This document shows, one piece after another, positions 1 to 14,790 of a DNA stretch of 64,000 bases. The notes under the pieces were generated by a model, which saw only the letters and a list, made by a program, of their open reading frames with translations, did not search any database and was not told where the DNA came from. Each line of letters starts with the position of its first letter. Position 1 is the first letter of the stretch. Source of the DNA: Eledone cirrhosa (Eukaryota); NCBI GenBank assembly GCA_964016885.1, contig OZ024744.1:82398001-82462000 (forward strand), written 5' to 3'. The position numbers were made by a program, and so were the translations under genes.

Positions 1-3000
1 ATAAAAAACACCACCACCACCATCACTGACCCCACCATCATTGCCATCACAACCAACACCACCACAACCAACACCACCACCATCACCATCACTGACCCCA
101 CCATCATTGCCATCACAACCAACACCACCACAACCAACACCACCTCCACCATCACTGACCCCACCATCATTGCCATCACAAGCAACACCACCACAACCAA
201 CACCACCACCACCATCACTGACACCACCATCATTGCTATCACAACCAACACCACCACAACCAACACCATCACCACCATCACTGACCCCACCATCATTGCC
301 ATCACAACCACCACCACCACCACCACCATCACTGACACCACCATCACTGACACCACCATCATTGCCATCACAACCAACACCACCACAGCCAACACCACCA
401 CCACCACCATCACTGACACCATCATCATTGCCATCACAACCAACACCACCACCACCATCACTAACCTCACCATCATTCCCATCACAACCAACACCACCAC
501 CACCAACACCACCACCACCACCATCACTGACCCCACCATCATTGCCATCACAACCAACACCACCACCACCACCACCACTGACACCACCATCATTGCCATC
601 ACAACCAACACCAGCACAACCTACACCACCACCACCATCACTGACCCCACCATCATTGCAATCACAACCAACACCAGCACAACCTACACCACCACCACCA
701 CCACTGACACCACCATCATTGCCATCACAACCAACAGCAGCACAACCAACACCACCACCAGCATCACTGACACCACCATCATTGCCATCACAACCTACAC
801 CACCACAACCACCACCACCACCACCATCACTGACACCACCATCATTGCCATCACAACCAACACCACCACAGCCAACACCACCACCACCACCATCACAGAC
901 ACCACCATCATTGCCATCACAACCAACACCACCACCACCATCACTAACCCCACCATCATTGCCATCACAACCAACACCACCACAACCAACACCACCACCA
1001 TCATCACTGACACCACCATCATTGCCATCACAACCAACACCACCACCACCAACACCACCAGCATCACTGACACCACAATCATTGCCATCACAACCAACAC
1101 CGCCACAACCAACACCACCACCACCATCACTGACACCACCATCATTGCCATCACAACCAACACCGTCACCAACAACACCACCACCAGCATCATTGACACC
1201 ACCATCATTGCCATCACAACCAACACCAACACCACCAACACCACCACCACCACCCCCACCACCACCACCACCACCATCATTGCCATCACAACCAACAACA
1301 CCACAACCACTGACACCACCACAACCACCACCACCACCATCACTGACACCACCATCATTGCCATCACAACCAACACCACCACAACCAACACCACCACCTC
1401 CACCATCACTGACACCACCATCATTGCCATCACAACCAACACCACCACAACCAACACCACCACCATCACTGACGCCACGATCATTGCCATCACAACCAAG
1501 ACCACCACAACCAACACCACCACCACCACCATCACTGACACCACCATCATTGCTATCACAACCAACACCAACACCACCACCACCACCGTCACTGACCCCA
1601 CCATCATTGCCATCACAACCAACACCACCACAACCAAGACCACCACCACCACCATCACTGACCTCACCATCATTGCCATCACAACCAACACCACCACAAC
1701 CAACACCACCACCACCATCACTGCTCCCACCATCATTGCCATCACAACCAACACCACAACCAACACCACCACCACCATCACTGACACCACCATCATTGCC
1801 ATCACAACCAACACCACCACCAACACCACCACCACCATCACTGACACCACCATCATTGCCATCACAACCAACACCACCACAACCAACACCACCACCACCA
1901 CCACTGACTCCACCATCATTGACATCACAACCAACACCACCACAACCAACACAACCACAACCACCATCACAGACACCACCATCATTGCAACCACAACCAA
2001 CACCACAACAACCAAAACCACCACCACCATCACTGACACCACCATCATTGCCATCACAACAAACACCACCATAAAAAACACCACCACCACCATCACTGAC
2101 CCCACCATCATTGCCATCACAACCAACACCACCACAACCAACACCACCACCATCACCATCACTGACCCCACCATCATTGCCATCACAACCAACACCACCA
2201 CAACCAACACCACCTCCACCATCACTGACCCCACCATCATTGCCATCACAAGCAACACCACCACAACCAACACCACCACCACCATCACTGACACCACCAT
2301 CATTGCTATCACAACAACACCACCACAACCAACACCATCACCACCATCACTGACCCCACCATCATTGCCATCACAACCACCACCACCACCACCACCATCA
2401 CTGACACCACCATCACTGACACCACCATCATTGCCATCACAACCAACACCACCACAGCCAACACCACCACCACCACCATCACTGACACCATCATCATTGC
2501 CATCACAACCAACACCACCACCACCATCACTAACCTCACCATCATTCCCATCACAACCAACACCACCACCACCAACACCACCACCACCACCATCACTGAC
2601 CCCACCATCATTGCCATCACAACCAACACCACCACCACCACCACCACTGACACCACCATCATTGCCATCACAACCAACACCAGCACAACCTACACCACCA
2701 CCACCATCACTGACCCCACCATCATTGCAATCACAACCAACACCAGCACAACCTACACCACCACCACCACCACTGACACCACCATCATTGCCATCACAAC
2801 CAACACCAGCACAACCTACACCACCACCACCATCACTGACCCCACCATCATTGCAATCACAACCAACAGCAGCACAACCAACACCACCACCAGCATCACT
2901 GACACCACCATCATTGCCATCACAACCTACACCACCACAACCACCACCACCGCCACCATCACTGACACCACCATCATTGCCATCACAACCAACACCACCA

Positions 3001-6000
3001 CAACCACCACCACTACCATCACTGACCTCACCATCATTGCCATCAGAACCAACACCACCACAACCACTGACACCACCACAACCACCACCACTACCATCAC
3101 TGACCCCACCATCATTGCCATCACAACCAACACCACCACAACCAACACCACCACCACCATCACTGACACCATCATCATTGCCATCACAACCAACACCACC
3201 ACAACCTACACCACCACCACCATCACTGACACCACCATCATTGCCATCACAACCATCACCACCACAACCAACACCACCACCACCACCATCACTGACACCA
3301 CCATCATTGCCATCACAACCATCACCACCACAACCAACACCACCACCACCACCATCACTGACCCCACCATCATTGCCATCACAACCAACACCACCACAAC
3401 CAACACAACCACAACCACCATCACTGACACCACCATCACTGACACCACCATCATTGCCATCACAACCAACACCACAACCACCACCACCACCATCACTGAC
3501 ACAACCAACACGACAACCACCAACACCACCACAACCAACACCACCACCACCATCACTGAAACCACAATCATTGCCATCACAACCAACACTCCCACCACCA
3601 CCTCCATCACTGACACGACCATCATTGCCATCACAACCAACACCACCACCACCACCACCACCACCACCATCACTGACCCCACCATCATTGCCATCACAAC
3701 CAACACCACCATAACCAACACCACCACCACCACCATCACTGACACCACCATAACTGACACCACCATCATTGCCATCACAACCAACACCACCACAACCAAC
3801 ACCACCACCACCACCACCATCACTGACACCACCATCGTTGCCATCACAACCAACACCACCACCACCACCATAACTGACACCACCATCATTGCTATCACAA
3901 CCAACACCACCACAACCAACACCACCACCACCATCACTGACACCACCATCACTGACACCACCATCATTGCCATCACAACCAACACCACCACAACCACCAC
4001 CACTACCACCATAGCTGACACCACCATGATTGCCATCACCTACCAACACCACCACAACCAACACCACCACCATCACTGACACCACCACCATCACTGACCC
4101 CACCATCATTGCCATCACAACCAACACCACCACCACCAACACCACCACCACCATCACTGACACCACCATCATTGCCATCACAACCAACACCACCACAACC
4201 ACCACCACCATCATCATCATTGCCATCACAACCAACACCACCACCACCAACACCACCACCACCATCACTGACACCACCATCATTGCCATCACAACCAACA
4301 CCACCACAACCAACACCACCACCACCACCATCACTGACACTACCATCATTGCCATAACAACCAACACCACCACAGCCACCACCACCACCACCATCAATGA
4401 CACCACCATCATTGCCATCACAACCAACACCACCACAACCAACACCACCACCACCATCACTGACCCCACCATCATTGCCATCACAACCAACACCACCACC
4501 ACTAACACCACAACCAACACCACCACCACCACCACCACCATTATTGCCATCACAAACAACACCACCACAACCAACACCACCACCACCATCACTGACACCA
4601 CCATCATTGCCATCACAACCAACACCACTACAACCAACACCACCACCACCATCACTGACACCACCATCATTGCCATCACAACCAACACCACCACAACCAT
4701 CACCACCACCACCATCACTGACACCATAATCATTGCCATCACAACCAACACCACCACAACCATCACCACCACCACCACCATCACTGACCCCACCATCATT
4801 GCCATCACAACCAACACCAGCACCAACACCACCACCCCCACAACCATCATTGCCATCACAACCAACACCACCACAACGAACACCAGCCCCACCATCACTG
4901 ACACCACCATCATTGCCATCACAACCAACACCACCACAACCATCACCGCCACCACCACCATCACTGACCCCACCATCATTGTCATCACAAACAACACCAC
5001 TACAACCAACACCACCACCACCATCACTGACACCACCATCATTGCCATCACAACAAACACCACCAAAACCACCACCACCACCACCATCACTGACACCATA
5101 ATCATTGCCATCACAACCAACACCACCACAACCATCACCACCACCACCACCATCACTGACCCCACCATCATTGCCATCACAACCAACACCAGCACCAACA
5201 CCACCACCCCCACAACCATCATTGCCATCACAACCAACACCACCACAACCAACACCAGCCCCACCATCACTGACACCACCATCATTGCCATCACAACCAA
5301 CTCCACCACAACCATCACCGCCACCACCACCATCACTGACCCCACCATCATTGCCATCACAACCAACACCACCACCACCACCACCACCAACACCACCAAC
5401 ACCATCACTGACACCACCATCATTGTCATCACAACCAACACCACCACAACCATCACCACCACCACCACCATCACTGACCCCACCATCATTGTCATCACAA
5501 CCACCACCACCACCACCAACACCACCACCCCTATCACTGACCTCACCATAATTGCCATCACAACCAACACCACCACCACCAACAACCACCACCACCATCA
5601 CCACTGACACCACCATCATTGCCATCACAACCAACACCACCACCACCAACACCACCACCACCATCACTGACCCCACCATCATTGCCATCACAAACAACAC
5701 CACTACAACCACCACCACCACCACCATCACTGACACCACCATCGTTGCCATCACAACCAACACCACCACCACCACCATAACTGACACCACCATCATTGCT
5801 ATCACAACCAACACCACCACAACCAACACCACCAGCACCATCACTGACACCACCATCACTGACACCACCATCATTGCCATCACAACCAACACCACCACAA
5901 CCACCACCACTACCACCATAACTGACACCACCATGATTGCCATCACCTACCAACACCACCACAACCAACACCACCACCACCATCACTGACACCACCACCA

Positions 6001-7965
6001 TCACTGACCCCACCATCATTGCCATCACAACCAACACCACCACCACCAACACCACCACCACCACCATCACTGACACCACCATCATTGCCATCACAACCAA
6101 CACCACCACAACCACCACCACCATCATCATCATTGCCATCACAACCAACACCACCACCACCAACACCACCACCACCATCACTGACACCACCATCATTGCC
6201 ATCACAACCAACACCACCACAACCAACACCACCACCACCACCATCACTGACACTACCATCATTGCCATAACAACCAACACCACCACCACCACCACTGACA
6301 CCACCATCATTGCCATCACAACCAACACCACCACAACCACCACCACCACCATAACTGACACCACCATCATTACTATCACAACCAACACCACCACAACCAA
6401 CACCACCACCACCATAACTGACACCACCATCATTGCCATCACAACCAACACCACCACAACCAACACCACCACCACCACCATCACTGACACCACCATCATT
6501 GCCATAACAACCAACACCACCACAACCAACACCACCACCACCATCACTGACACCACCATCATTGCCATCACAACCAACACCACCACAACCAACACCACCA
6601 CCACCATCACTGACCCCACCATCATTGCCATCACAACCAACACCACCACCACCAACACCACAACCAACACCACCACCACCACCATTATTGCCATCACAAA
6701 CAACACCACCACAACCAACACCACCACCACCATCACTGACACCACCATCATTGCCATCACAACCAACACCACTACAACCAACACCACCACCACCATCACT
6801 GACACCACCATCATTGCCATCACAACCAACACCACCACAACCACCACCACCACCACCATCACTGACACCATAATCATTGCCATCACAACCAACACCACCA
6901 CAACCATCACCACCACCACCACCATCACTGACACCACCATCATTGCCATCACAACCAACACCACCACCACCACCACTGACACCACCATCATTGCCATCAC
7001 AACCAACACAACCACAACCAACACCACCACCACCATCACTGACCCCACCATCATTGCCATCACAACCAACACCAGCACCAACACCACCACCACCACAACC
7101 ATCATTGCCATCACAACCAACACCACCACAACCAACACCAGCCCCACCATCACTGACACCACCATCATTGCCATCACAACCAACACCACCACAACCATCA
7201 CCGCCACCACCACCATCACTGACCCCACCATCATTGCCATCACAACCAACACCACCAGCACCACCACCACCAACACCACCAACACCATCACTGACACCAC
7301 CATCATTGTCATCACAACCAACACCACCACAAACATCACCACCACCACCACCATCACTGACCCCACCATCATTGCCATCACAACCACCACCACCACCACC
7401 AACACCACCACCACCATCACTGACCTCACCATAATTGCCATCACAACCAACACCACCACCACCAACAACCACCACCACCATCACCACTGACACCACCATC
7501 ATTGCCATCACAACCAACACCACCACCACCAACACCACCACCACCATCACTGACCCCACCATCATTGCCATCACAAACAACACCACTACAACCAACACCA
7601 TCACCACCATCACTGACACCACCATCATTGCCATCACAACCAACACCACCACAATCAACACCACCACCACCACCATCACTGACACCACCATCATTGCCAT
7701 CACAACCAGCACCACCACCACCACCATCACTGACACCACCATCATTGCCATCACAACCAACACAAACCACAATCAACACCACCACCACCATCACTGACAC
7801 CACCATCATTGCCATCACAACCAACACCACCACCACCACCACAACCAACACCACCACCATCATTGCCATCACAACCAACACCACCACAACCAACACCACC
7901 ACCATCATTGCCATCACAACCAACACCACCACCACCAACACCACCACCACCATCATTGCCATCAC
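1..7965. repeat. Minisatellite array, ~45-70 bp unit with variable (CCA)n
   Basis: Core CCATCACTGACACCACCATCATTGCCATCACAACCAACACCACC repeated throughout, A/C-rich on +. Produces the spurious Pro-, Thr-, Val- and Gly-rich ORFs. Confidence 0.95.
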
Positions 7966-8027
7966 ACACACACAGCACAGTTGTTTCACTCTCCTTACAT
8001 CTAACATATTGATTTAAAATCTCACAT

Positions 8028-8193
<166 letters not shown>

Positions 8194-8429
8194 CCATCTT
8201 GTATGACAGTCACATTTTCCTGTCGGCCACGTCTTCATGATCTCCAGCATCTCTTCAAGTCTTTTAGACATCTTTAGTATTAATTCCACGTACTTCACGT
8301 CTTCACACTCTCTCGCACCTTTTTTTTTTTTGTTTGTTTTTTGTTTTTTTACCTTCAGTCTCTCTCTCTCTCTCCTCCTTATACAATTTCTTCACCTTCC
8401 TCTTCATTATCTTGCTCACACTATTCCTC

Positions 8430-8467
8430 ATCAACATCGTCGTCATCATCGTCGTCATCGTCGTCGG

Positions 8468-8499
<32 letters not shown>

Positions 8500-8750
8500 G
8501 GAACATGTTCATCCTCCCTCCTCATCTTCCTCTTCTACCTCCTCCTCCTCCTCCTCCTCCTCCTCCTCCTCCTCCTCCTTTCCCTCCCTTCCTTATCCTC
8601 ATCCTCATCATCGTCTTCATCTTCATCACATTATCCATCATCATCATCATCACCATTCATCATCATCATCATTACCACCACCACCACCACCATCATCACC
8701 ACCATCACCATCATCATCATCATCACTATCACCCTCAACAGTATCATCAT
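8430..8750. repeat. Compound (CAT)n/(CCT)n/(CAC)n trinucleotide repeats
   Basis: Direct reading. Confidence 0.9.
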
Positions 8751-8830
8751 CAGGAGCGGCCACAGCCACAGTAGCAGAAGTAGCATTAAATTTGAATTTC
8801 TCTCTCATTTCTTGATCATATCATTTTATT

Positions 8831-9018
8831 GCGGTGGATTGGCAGTATCGGTAGAAGGTCGGACGCCATGCTTTGAAGTATAGAGTTACGTCCCTTTACA
8901 GTCTGAGTTCAAAACCCGCCGAGGTTGACTTTGCCTTTCATCCTTACTGGGTCGATAAAATAAAGTACCAGTAATGCAGTGGGTAATTTCTGGCCTTGTG
9001 CCAAAAGTAGAAACAATT
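8831..9018 (+). mobile_element. tRNA-derived SINE, family 1 (~190 bp)
   Basis: A-box-like TGGCAGTATCGG, B-box GAGTTCAAA, 3' CCTTGTGCCAAAAGTAGAAACAATT; many dispersed copies in this window. Confidence 0.9.
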
Positions 9019-9693
9019 CTTATTTTTATTATTTGTTTTTATTATTATAAGATGGCGGTAACTACGGCGGAGTAAGTTAGTTGAATTTTTATGAGTTATC
9101 GAAAGTTCTAATAATATTTTTTTTACATCGGTGTGTAGTTAAAGAATCCCTCTGTCAAAGGAGTTGTTTTTTGTTAACTGTAGCTCATGCCCTTGAGGGC
9201 TAACTTTGCTTTTATTTACAATCATAACCTCAAAATTTTGTTTTAAAAAAACATGGCGGACAAAGAAAATTGTCCACAGGGAGGAACAAGGCAAAGAAAA
9301 AAACAAGAGAAACAGCAGCAGCAGCGACAGCGACAGTGGTAGTGACAACAGTAGCAGCAGCCACTGCAACTGTAGTAGCAGTAGTGGAAATTATAACGAA
9401 AAGTTTCCTGCGTTACAAAAATCAAAAACAACCACGACCACCCCAATAACAACAATAACAACAGCAACAGCCATAAAGAACCCAAAGAACAACAACTATA
9501 ACAGCAACAAAACAGAGGAAATAAACAAACAAAAACACAAAACTAGTGACGAGTCAACACAAATCAAAACAAACACGTCTTTCGCTAAAACGACAAACAA
9601 TTTTGAACAAGTACACATCACTAACGAAGAGATAAAACAAGCAAAGGTCTTGGTTTATCTCTTCGTTGAGAAGAGATAATAAGAAACAAGCTT

Positions 9694-10383
9694 TTGTGTT
9701 CGGTCAGTTACCGCACGATCGGATCAAAATCGCGGCGAGTTGAACGGGTAACGGAGTCACAGGTCCAAAGAGCCATGGGCACCGGCTGGGCACAGCAAAC
9801 ATACATAGCCCGGAGATCGAGATATGGTACTGTGGATGTGCTCTTCGCTACACCAGAAGAAGCCAAAGCACACTCTATTGCGCCACTCCACAGTGACGAA
9901 ATCATAATGATGCCCACATACTTCTGCCAGAGAGACGTGAGGGTTCGAGTAGCCCAGGTTCCGCCCTCAGTGGAAATGGCGTGGTTGACGGCGGCCGTCC
10001 TCGCTGATGTTGAAGATTCAACAACTATACTCAACGTCATGCGAATAGGACAGGAAAATTGGACAGGGTCGGGGATGGAGCTAATCATCCAAGCAAACCA
10101 TGAGAGCATTGAGGCCATCCCCGATGTAATAGACCTGGACGGCGGCAGCCATCTACCCGTGACTGTCGAAGGTAGGCACCCAAGGTGTCATGGATGCGGC
10201 GACCAGACGCACCTTAAGGCATTCTGCCCCAAACTTACCAAAACAGACACGCGCCCACCCCTTCTCCCCACGCCTTGCTCCGCAACTGGAGCAGACAAAC
10301 AAACAAAGACCACAGTGGCAGAAGAGAAAGCACCATCCCCAACAACAGAAGCTCCATCTTTCCACCACCCACAAAACCAATGA
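9694..10383 (+). pseudogene. LINE ORF1 (gag-like CCHC knuckle), frameshifted downstream to ~11030
   Basis: CHGCGDQTHLKAFC = CX2CX4HX4C; homologous to 61131-61958(-). Confidence 0.85.
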
Positions 10384-11061
10384 AAAGAATATCCCCTCCT
10401 GATATAGCCAAATCGGACAAGGAGTGCGATGAGGCCAAAGAGTGGAGAATAATTCCAACAAAAAAAGGAAGAACTCCCCCCCGCCCCCCCCCCGCAAAAA
10501 AGAGGAAGAAAGAACCCTAAAAAAAAAGAAAATGAAAACTACCCCACCTCCTCCACCACCATCAACAGCCACACCCCCACAACAACTTACACCACCACCA
10601 CCACCAACACCACCGCCACCACCACCACCACCGCCACCACCACCACCACCACCACCACCCTTACCATCTACGTCACCTCCAACAACACGACAGCAAACAC
10701 AGAAAACACCAACACCCCAACAACAGACACAATACACAGCCATAGACACACAGACAACACAAAGCTTTTAAATTACATTCAACACCACACCAACATCACA
10801 GAAACAAACTACGTACAAACCACCAAAATTGTACCCCAACACACATAAAAATAATAGAAATTACACAAAAATTACATAACCTTAAAAATTGTTTTCCCCG
10901 CATCAATTGGAGACTACCGAGGGAACATCACCAAAAGAATATTCACGGATATTCTCGTGGAGAAACCCACCAATGGTCGGAGGGATGGAGCCCCCCCCCC
11001 ACTTTCCTAAAGAAGAGCCACAGGTAATTTTTTGTACCACTCCCCTCTCACTTGTTTTCCT

Positions 11062-11990
11062 CCTATCCTAGCCAACATGACTGCGCTGGAGCGTTTGCTC
11101 TTTCGCTTTTTGTGGAAGGGACGCGCTCCGATGGTCAGACGGTCCATCTGCTGTCAACACCCGCTACGTGGAGGGCTGGGTATGCCGTGGCTGATGATGC
11201 ACAGACACTCGCTCAGGCTACGACATCTCCACCTCTTCCTCGGCGGTGATCAGGTGTGGTCGCCGTTTGCTAGACGCGCCTTTCCCCAGCTCGTCTCCTT
11301 GACGGAGCTGCAGTCCTGGGTCAAGCGAAGACCGAGAGGGAGCGCTTGGAGACTGGAATATCTTCAGGCGCCCACAGTCCTCGACCAATCGGCCAATGTA
11401 ATCGGTGGAAACTCCACCTTGGCGTTTTATAGAGGATAAGTGGAGGGGAAGAGTGACGACGTACTTGGGGAAACTCTAGGCGTCGACGAAAATCAACTAG
11501 CCAATCTCTTCGGAAGAACTTTCGGGCCGGGCCCTATGGACAACTTCCAGAAATCCCTGACCCGGCTGTGCTACCGAGGAGCTTTGCCGGTTCAGTATAA
11601 GCTCTACAGGCATGAAGGTGCCGTCAGCCGAGTATGTCCGAGATGCGCGCAGGGCGACAACACCGTCCTGCAGGCACTCGTCCAGTGTCCGAGCATTGCT
11701 GACTTGTGGGTTTATGTCGAACAACTGCTGTCGCGTGTAAGACGGAACCGGCTATCAGCTGAGTCTACCGTGAAGATTGCCCTTCCCTCTTCCTTTAGCC
11801 GGGAAGGGTAGGCAGTTTTTATCTGTTTGGTGGCCATGGCGAAAGAGATAGTATGGTGGACACGTTTGAAAGGGCTGAAGACGAGCACTTACCTCTTCGG
11901 TGATGCCCTGATTAACTTTTTCAAATTTCATTTGAAAAGGAAAATCAGGGTAGAGAGGGAGGTGCTCTCTTCCCAGCATTTTGTTGAAAT
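11062..11990 (+). pseudogene. Tx1 ORF2 C-terminal part (post-RT, zf-RVT-like)
   Basis: FLWKG...GGLGMP; CPRC...ALVQC; in-frame stops at 11437 and 11809. Confidence 0.85.
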
Positions 11991-12860
11991 GAGTATGTGC
12001 CTGTAAATTGAAGGTGGAAAATTGGGAAGGGGCACTTGCCCCGGTGGTCAGGATCACTGTTGTTTTTTTAATGGCCTTTCTCCACGATGGTCCTCGGATG
12101 TCTCCCTCCTATTGGGGAATTTTTCATTTTTTCTTTTTTGTTACATCCTCTGTTTTTTTTTTTTTTTACACGCAGAAGTGCCCATTTGTACCGACCTGTA
12201 CTGTCCTTAATGTCTTACTTTGTGTAAACCCTTGTGGTTAATAAAGAAAGCATTATTATTATTATTGGTATTTTGTTCTGATCATTATAGAGTTTTGTAT
12301 CTTCGTACATATCACATTTTCCTGTCGTTTTTGCCTTAAAAGGAATCAGCTTACTTCATTTTCCATATGCCTCGTTATCGGTTCGTTTCATAGCTGAAAA
12401 TCTGTCTTTGTTTAATTATATACAATTTCCTATAAAATACATGGATGTCAAGAAGGTTGTCATAAATTTCCCAATTGAAGGCAGGTGAGAGAGAAGTGCC
12501 AGCCAATGTTAAATCAAAAGAGCGTTTCTCATTTATGACATAGAACATAGAATGGCTTGCCAGCTATCACAACGACGTTATTACCATACCAGCTTCTACT
12601 ACTATATTGACGTCACTGCATGGAAACAAGAGTAGCACTAGCAACCATAGCAGCAGTAACATTAGAGTCATCAACAACAAAAACAACAGTAATAACAGAA
12701 ACATAAAGACAAAACAATAATGACTCTAATAGTAATAATAATTATTGCGACAATAACAAATAAAACTGCGATAGCGACAAACAGCAAAAACATGTTTTAG
12801 TCAATGAAACGAGTCAATGAGTAAACCACCTGCTCAAGGAAAGGATAGAAGCCACAAGAA

Positions 12861-13052
12861 ATAATTGTTTCTACTTTTGGCACAAGGCCAGAAAATCACC
12901 AGTGTATTACTGGTACTTTATTTTATCGACCCTGTAAGGATGAAAGGCAAAGTTAATCTCGGCGGGATTTGAACTCAGACCATAAAGGGCCGTAACTCTT
13001 TGCTGCAAAGCATGGCGTCCGACCCTCTACCGATACTACCAATCCACCGCCG
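12861..13052 (-). mobile_element. SINE family 1
   Basis: Reverse complement of the 8831 copy; TSD CAAGAAATAAT at 12855-12865 and 13053-13063. Confidence 0.9.
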
Positions 13053-13729
13053 CAAGAAATAATAAAAGGGATATTATACGTTCTGGCTGGATGACGTTCG
13101 TTCGTTGCTGAGGAGGTAGACAAAACCCGAAGCAGCATAAATCATAAATACTTGTAGTCACAGTACGGAACTTCTGTACAATGGAACGAATGTATGGAAT
13201 TGTGATCCTCAATAGTGTATCGCAGCAGCGAGAGGAAAATCCATACATTAGAAACAGCAACATGCACGTCAGATGAGAGGATTTCATCATAATTCCACTA
13301 TATATGGACTGGCGGGTGATAGAATCCAGGGATATCAATCTATCGTACCAGAGGAACCAAATTTTGCGTGATGAAAATGTTTGAAGAATACAAAGGGTAT
13401 TAGATTCAAATTCATTTTCCAGCAGAACAGAACAGAACAAGGAAAGTAACGTGTATTCCTGATGATGGCTGCATAAGGGTATCTTCCTCGCATTCCCCAA
13501 AATTATATTTATTTTGAAGAGTGTGATCAGATGTGCGCATGTTCATTGAGAGTAGAAAAATCAAATGCTGCATTTTATTGTAAAGGAGTCAACTTCAACA
13601 CATGCTACATCACCATCGTGCTGCAATCACAAATGTAGCACTAGTTTTACAGCAGCGGCTATAGCAACAACAATAGCAACAACTATAACATCCACAATAA
13701 ATAACAAACATCATGATCCTGAACAATGT

Positions 13730-14110
13730 CACCACGACTACCACCACCACCACCATTACCACCACCACCATTACCATCCACCACCACCACCACCACCACC
13801 AAAACCACCCACATCACCGCCGCCACCACCACCAGCACCACCACGACGACCAACGTCACCGCCGCCACCACCACCAACACCACCACCACTACAACACTAC
13901 CATCACGCCGACGACCACGAACTCCACCACCACTACCACCACGACCAGGACCACGACCACGACCACGTCCACGACCACCACCATCATCATCACTATGACC
14001 AAGTCGGCGGCGACGACGACGACAACGCCACCACCACCACCCCCACCAACCACTACCACCACGACGACGACTACGACTACACTACAATCACCACCTCCAC
14101 CACCACCAAA
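13730..14110. repeat. Degenerate (CCA)n/(CGA)n low-complexity tract
   Basis: Direct reading. Confidence 0.85.
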
Positions 14111-14481
14111 TGAGTCATCGTAGAGAATTATACTTACCAAGAACTCCAAAAACAAGAAACCCACGCAATCATAGATGTAATATTTGCAACATCCAGTTGC
14201 TGAAATGAAAAAAGATGTTGAGGACGAGTAGAAAGCTTTAATAACATGGTGGAGAACGGAGTGATAATAAATGAAGGCAACGTCAAAACACACACAAGAA
14301 AAAAAAATGAAAATCTAACGGACGCGGCAAAGTAACAGACCAATAACAAAAGCAACAACGAGAACGATAATCGCAATGAAACAACAACAACAACAACAAC
14401 AACAACACAACAACCACAACATCAACAAAAGAACCATCATTACCAACAACAACAGCATCAACAACTTCAGAAGCCTTAGAG

Positions 14482-14790
14482 CAAGCAAGGGCAACCTTTT
14501 TCGAGAAGCGGGCCGCATGAGATATGACTCGTCATCAGGCGAGCCGGAAGCGCTAATTTATATTCGTGCCCACATTGAAAAAAGGGCGGTAACTCAAGTT
14601 GTTTCGATTTGTTTCTTCAGAATTCGTACACGTTGTTTTCCTCGATCGTAAAAATGATAGAAAGATAAATTACGACTGAAAATTTTGGGTAAAAAAAATC
14701 AGAAAGATTTCACTTGGCTGACTTAGGCGAGCCATTTAGAAAGCTTCGCGGGCCGCATGCGTCCCGCAGGTTGCAAGTTGCCTATGACTG
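14482..14790 (+). mobile_element. hAT-type MITE
   Basis: Perfect 8-bp TSD CCTTAGAG (14474-14481, 14791-14798); imperfect TIRs CAAGCAAGGGCAAC / GTTGCCTATGACTG; second copy at 50299-50589. Confidence 0.88.

Larger units (their letters stand above)
9049..12266 (+). mobile_element. Tx1/L1-clade LINE copy 1, lacking endonuclease and RT
   Basis: Zinc-knuckle ORF1, then only the ORF2 C-terminus and 3'UTR homologous to 57094-58315(-); AATAAA plus (ATT)n tail. 5' boundary inferred. Confidence 0.8.

Noticed and set aside
41-8017. Long Pro-, Thr-, Val- and Gly/Cys-rich ORFs as mucin or extensin genes
   Set aside because: Open in several frames on both strands because of triplet repeats; stops and frameshifts break each frame; no unique domain or signal peptide
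8831-9018. tRNA gene
   Set aside because: A/B boxes present but no cloverleaf evident; dispersed copies with tails and TSDs indicate a SINE
13065-13500. Possible decayed RTE or exon
   Set aside because: No motif I can state with confidence
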